A DNA stretch of 64,000 nucleotides from a virus, in IMG/VR virus record IMGVR_UViG_3300045988_156245; one strand, 5' to 3'. The position numbers were made by a program, and so were the translations under genes. This document shows, in pieces, positions 61,547 through 64,000 of the stretch; the stretch's first letter is position 1, and each line of letters opens with the position of its first letter. The notes below the pieces were generated by a model. It saw only the letters and a program-made list of their open reading frames with translations, did no database searches and was not told where the DNA came from.

Positions 61547-61935
61547 AACTAAAAAAATCAGATAAATTTGACCCGCATATACTAGACCCTTCTGCAGCTT
61601 GCAAAGAGGGTTATGATATTGAGCCTAGTCATTCAGTAAATTTACGCACTCAAAATTTTATAAATTATTATGATGAAAATGGTTATTTTCCTGATATGAT
61701 TATTGCTGATAGAGTAAGACTTAGCGAAAGACCTAAATATCATCAGATGAAAAGATATAAGGATTATATTATTTTTGACCCTCAAAATAAACAGTTTGAT
61801 TGTTCGATTGAGTTTATTGTTCCGTCTGAAGATACTAAATCATATTATGCTTATGTAAAAATTCGTATAAATACTGCTACTACAATAGAATATTTGTACG
61901 GGTATATTAGTCTTAATTCAGATGCTATTTTATAA
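61501..61935 (+). CDS. -1 frame extension open from 61501 (no start codon before 61696)
   Basis: 144 sense codons FFYNDDSWSDDEVEIELKK... in the -1 frame relative to 60920-61546; the ORF track lists only 61696-61935. Confidence 0.4.
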   Translation, partial: FFYNDDSWSDDEVEIELKKSDKFDPHILDPSAACKEGYDIEPSHSVNLRTQNFINYYDENGYFPDMIIADRVRLSERPKYHQMKRYKDYIIFDPQNKQFDCSIEFIVPSEDTKSYYAYVKIRINTATTIEYLYGYISLNSDAIL

Positions 61936-62044
61936 TATTTTAATTTTATAATTAAAGAAGTAGAACATTTTCTACTTCTTTAATTTTTTATAAAAATTTG
62001 TTATAATATTATTATAAAATAAAAAAAGAAAGGCGTTTTTATTT

Positions 62045-62743
62045 ATGACTAATAATGATTTCTTAAAGATTTTTCAAGATTGTGATTTTACAGATATAGG
62101 ACTTGATGAACAAGGTGAAATGTGTTATATAAATGAAAAAATATTTGAAAAACTGAACATTCCTAAAGGAGTAGATTATGAACATTATTGTGGAGCTAGT
62201 AAATTAGTATTTATATTCTGGGATTCAAAAGAGAAGAACACAACGGTTATTAAAATCCCATTTCAAGGAGAATATCATTATATTTATGATACTGAATCAG
62301 AAAATTATGATAAATTAATATTTGAACGTTTTAGTGGAAGTGATACTGATAATGGATGGGACTATTGTGAAAAAGAAGTTGAAAATTATAAAATTGCTGA
62401 AAAAGAAGGTTTATCTTTTCTTTTTGCTAAAACTGAATTTATTGGAACAGTAAATAAATATCCTATTTATAAACAAGAATATGTAGAATATACAAATGCA
62501 GATGATGAAACTTATGATTCTAAAGAGATTAATAAAAAAACTGGTACTATTTGTGAAAAAAAGAACTTTTTCAATATAGCAGAAAACTGGTTAAGAGGCG
62601 TTTGCCTTTATTATGGCGGTGATATATTAGAAAAATTAATTGATTTTATTACAGATAATTGTATTTATGATTTACATGAAGCAAATATAGGATATAATAA
62701 CGGAGCACCTATTATTTTTGATTACAGCGACTTCAACTCTTAA
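62045..62743 (+). CDS. atypical protein-kinase-like fold protein (candidate)
   Basis: 232 aa; GASKLVFIF...TVIKIP (Gly-rich loop plus Lys), CEKEVENY (helix-C Glu), YDLHEANIGY (D-x-H-x-x-N catalytic loop), IIFDYSDF (DFG-like Asp). Confidence 0.4.
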   Translation: MTNNDFLKIFQDCDFTDIGLDEQGEMCYINEKIFEKLNIPKGVDYEHYCGASKLVFIFWDSKEKNTTVIKIPFQGEYHYIYDTESENYDKLIFERFSGSDTDNGWDYCEKEVENYKIAEKEGLSFLFAKTEFIGTVNKYPIYKQEYVEYTNADDETYDSKEINKKTGTICEKKNFFNIAENWLRGVCLYYGGDILEKLIDFITDNCIYDLHEANIGYNNGAPIIFDYSDFNS

Positions 62744-62760
62744 AGAAAGGGGAGATAATT

Positions 62761-62958
62761 ATGGCAAAAGATAGAGAAATTACTTGTATACACTACAAAT
62801 ATGAAGGATGTTGTGACTTAGGTCACGAAGGAACTTTTCGTAAAGCGTGTCAAAAATGTAAACAATACAAGGCATTAAAAGGCGGGAAGCCAGCACGCCG
62901 CAATTTAAAAAGAGAAAAGAAAGAAAAATTTGAAAAAGATAGGAGGAATTGGATATAA
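62761..62958 (+). CDS. Cys-rich zinc-binding mini-protein with basic tail
   Basis: 65 aa; CIHYKYEGCC...HEG...CQKC then KPARRNLKREKKEKFEKDRR. Confidence 0.5.
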   Translation: MAKDREITCIHYKYEGCCDLGHEGTFRKACQKCKQYKALKGGKPARRNLKREKKEKFEKDRRNWI

Positions 62959-63395
62959 TGATTACATCTTTTGAAGGAAAATATAGTTTTTTATCAAATT
63001 TTTATGCATGTCAGACAGAGTATCATAATGTAAAATATCCTACTTCTGAACATGCATATCAGGCTGCAAAAACAAGTAACCCAATACAGAAAGAAGCAAT
63101 TAAAAATGCAGATACTCCAGATGATGCAAAACGAATGGGAAGAAGAGTAGAGATAAAAAGCAATTGGGATGAAATAAAAGATGAAGTGATGTATGAAATT
63201 GTTTCAAATAAGTTTAAAAACAAAAGGATGCAGGCTAAATTATTAGCAACAGAGAATGAACAGTTAGTAGAAGGTAACTATTGGCATGATAATCATTTTG
63301 GTTCTTGTTATTGTAAAAAATGTTTACAATTACCAAAAGAAAATGTTTTAGGTAAGATTTTAATGAGAGTTAGAGAAGAATTAAAAGAAGCATAA
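62958..63395 (+). CDS. NADAR (YbiA/DUF1768) family protein
   Basis: 145 aa from the ATG at 62958 (TAATG overlap, aggagga RBS); FLSNFY, YPTSEHAYQAAK, AKRMGRR, NWDEIKDEVMYEIVSNKF, LLAT...LVEGN.WHDN.FG match E. coli YbiA motif for motif. Confidence 0.8.
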   Translation: MITSFEGKYSFLSNFYACQTEYHNVKYPTSEHAYQAAKTSNPIQKEAIKNADTPDDAKRMGRRVEIKSNWDEIKDEVMYEIVSNKFKNKRMQAKLLATENEQLVEGNYWHDNHFGSCYCKKCLQLPKENVLGKILMRVREELKEA

Positions 63396-63435
63396 TATAC
63401 AGGACTTTTATGGCATCATAAAAGTCCTTGTTGTT

Positions 63436-63459
63436 TTTTTAGAAAAAATATTATATAAT
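63436..63459 (+). promoter_or_regulatory. class B promoter with conserved leader
   Basis: tttttagaaaaaatattaTATAAT then atttatataagataaagaaaggg. Confidence 0.5.
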
Positions 63460-63492
63460 ATTTATATAAGATAAAGAAAGGGAGTGTTGTTT

Positions 63493-63903
63493 ATGATATA
63501 TAAATACAAAAAGAAACTCCAAAGAAAAATGAATCGAGATATTAAAAGAGCAAACCAGATTATTAGAGAAGATGATTTATGGAGAGGTAGATTTGAAATC
63601 CGCCAAATAAAAGATAGTTACTGTTCTTTTAAAGATGGAAGTGGCGGTATCTTAGCAGTAAAAATTAGAATGATAGATAAAAAGTCTAGAAAGTGGGCGG
63701 ATTGTACTCTTACTTACTCACATCATTTTAATCTTAGTCATCTTTTAGATGCTTTAAATTATTTTATTGTAGAATATATTGATGTTTGGACTAATGAAAC
63801 AAGAGATTCAATCTATAGCAGAGAAGATTTTTGTAATGTAGAAGGAGATTATCATTTAGATAGACCTACTGATTGGGAACATTTTATTAAATTAAGATAT
63901 TAA
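63493..63903 (+). CDS. hypothetical protein (136 aa)
   Basis: ATG 63493 after the aagggag RBS. Confidence 0.55.
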   Translation: MIYKYKKKLQRKMNRDIKRANQIIREDDLWRGRFEIRQIKDSYCSFKDGSGGILAVKIRMIDKKSRKWADCTLTYSHHFNLSHLLDALNYFIVEYIDVWTNETRDSIYSREDFCNVEGDYHLDRPTDWEHFIKLRY

Positions 63904-63920
63904 GATAAGGAGATAAAAAT

Positions 63921-64000
63921 ATGTTTGGAATGGGAATGGGATTTGATTTATATGCAATGGATAAAGAAGGAGTTTTTGATTCAGAAAGAGAAAAGGCTAT
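63921..64000 (+). CDS. partial ORF running off the window
   Basis: aaggag RBS; MFGMGMGFDLYAMDKEGVFDSEREKA... Confidence 0.4.
   Translation, partial: MFGMGMGFDLYAMDKEGVFDSEREKA

Overview
AT-rich (roughly 70% A+T by eye) segment of a tailed-phage, prophage or possibly phage-plasmid genome. Expression signals look Firmicutes-like: AGGAGG-type RBS and TTGACA-N17-(TGn)TATAAT promoters. Two arms diverge from 39.64-39.83 kb. (1) A minus-strand late operon runs from 39636 down to 590. In order it encodes two zinc-ribbon proteins, the large terminase, a PD-(D/E)XK-like nuclease, portal, scaffold, capsid and connector proteins, the tail tube, a chaperone-position protein and a 2895-aa tape measure. 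These are followed by holin-like membrane proteins, large distal-tail proteins, and a 1163-aa fibre with SHAEG repeats and a Peptidase_G2-like C-terminus. The operon ends with a Cys/Asn/Tyr-rich accessory module and an HExxH peptidase. (2) A plus-strand early region (39.8-64 kb) holds about 45 mostly tiny genes, nearly every one with its own promoter. A RuvC-like resolvase at 76-567 probably belongs to this arm. Recognisable early products are a HAD nucleotidase-like protein, a DEDDh exonuclease, a UPF0316-like membrane protein, a classic AAA ATPase, a kinase-like protein and a NADAR (YbiA-like) protein. The most unusual content is non-coding and lies at 41-57 kb. It includes two phased 20-bp arrays of the palindrome CTAAC-N4-GTTAG (14 and 13 units) and a conserved GC-rich GTGGACA hairpin family. 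There are four consensus antisense promoters that define short GC-rich minus-strand RNAs, several promoter-plus-terminator units without ORFs, and a TTGCACAAA box family. A heptad-like ATGTGAT/ATCACAT cluster is also present. A double winged-helix gene is bracketed by inverted iteron arrays, a plasmid-RepA-like layout. Homopolymer anomalies are a G13 tract, two ORFs broken at G5 runs and a T7 slippery site joining two ORFs. No integrase, endolysin, tRNA, CRISPR array or reverse transcriptase was seen. All calls rest on motifs read by eye; no database search was possible.
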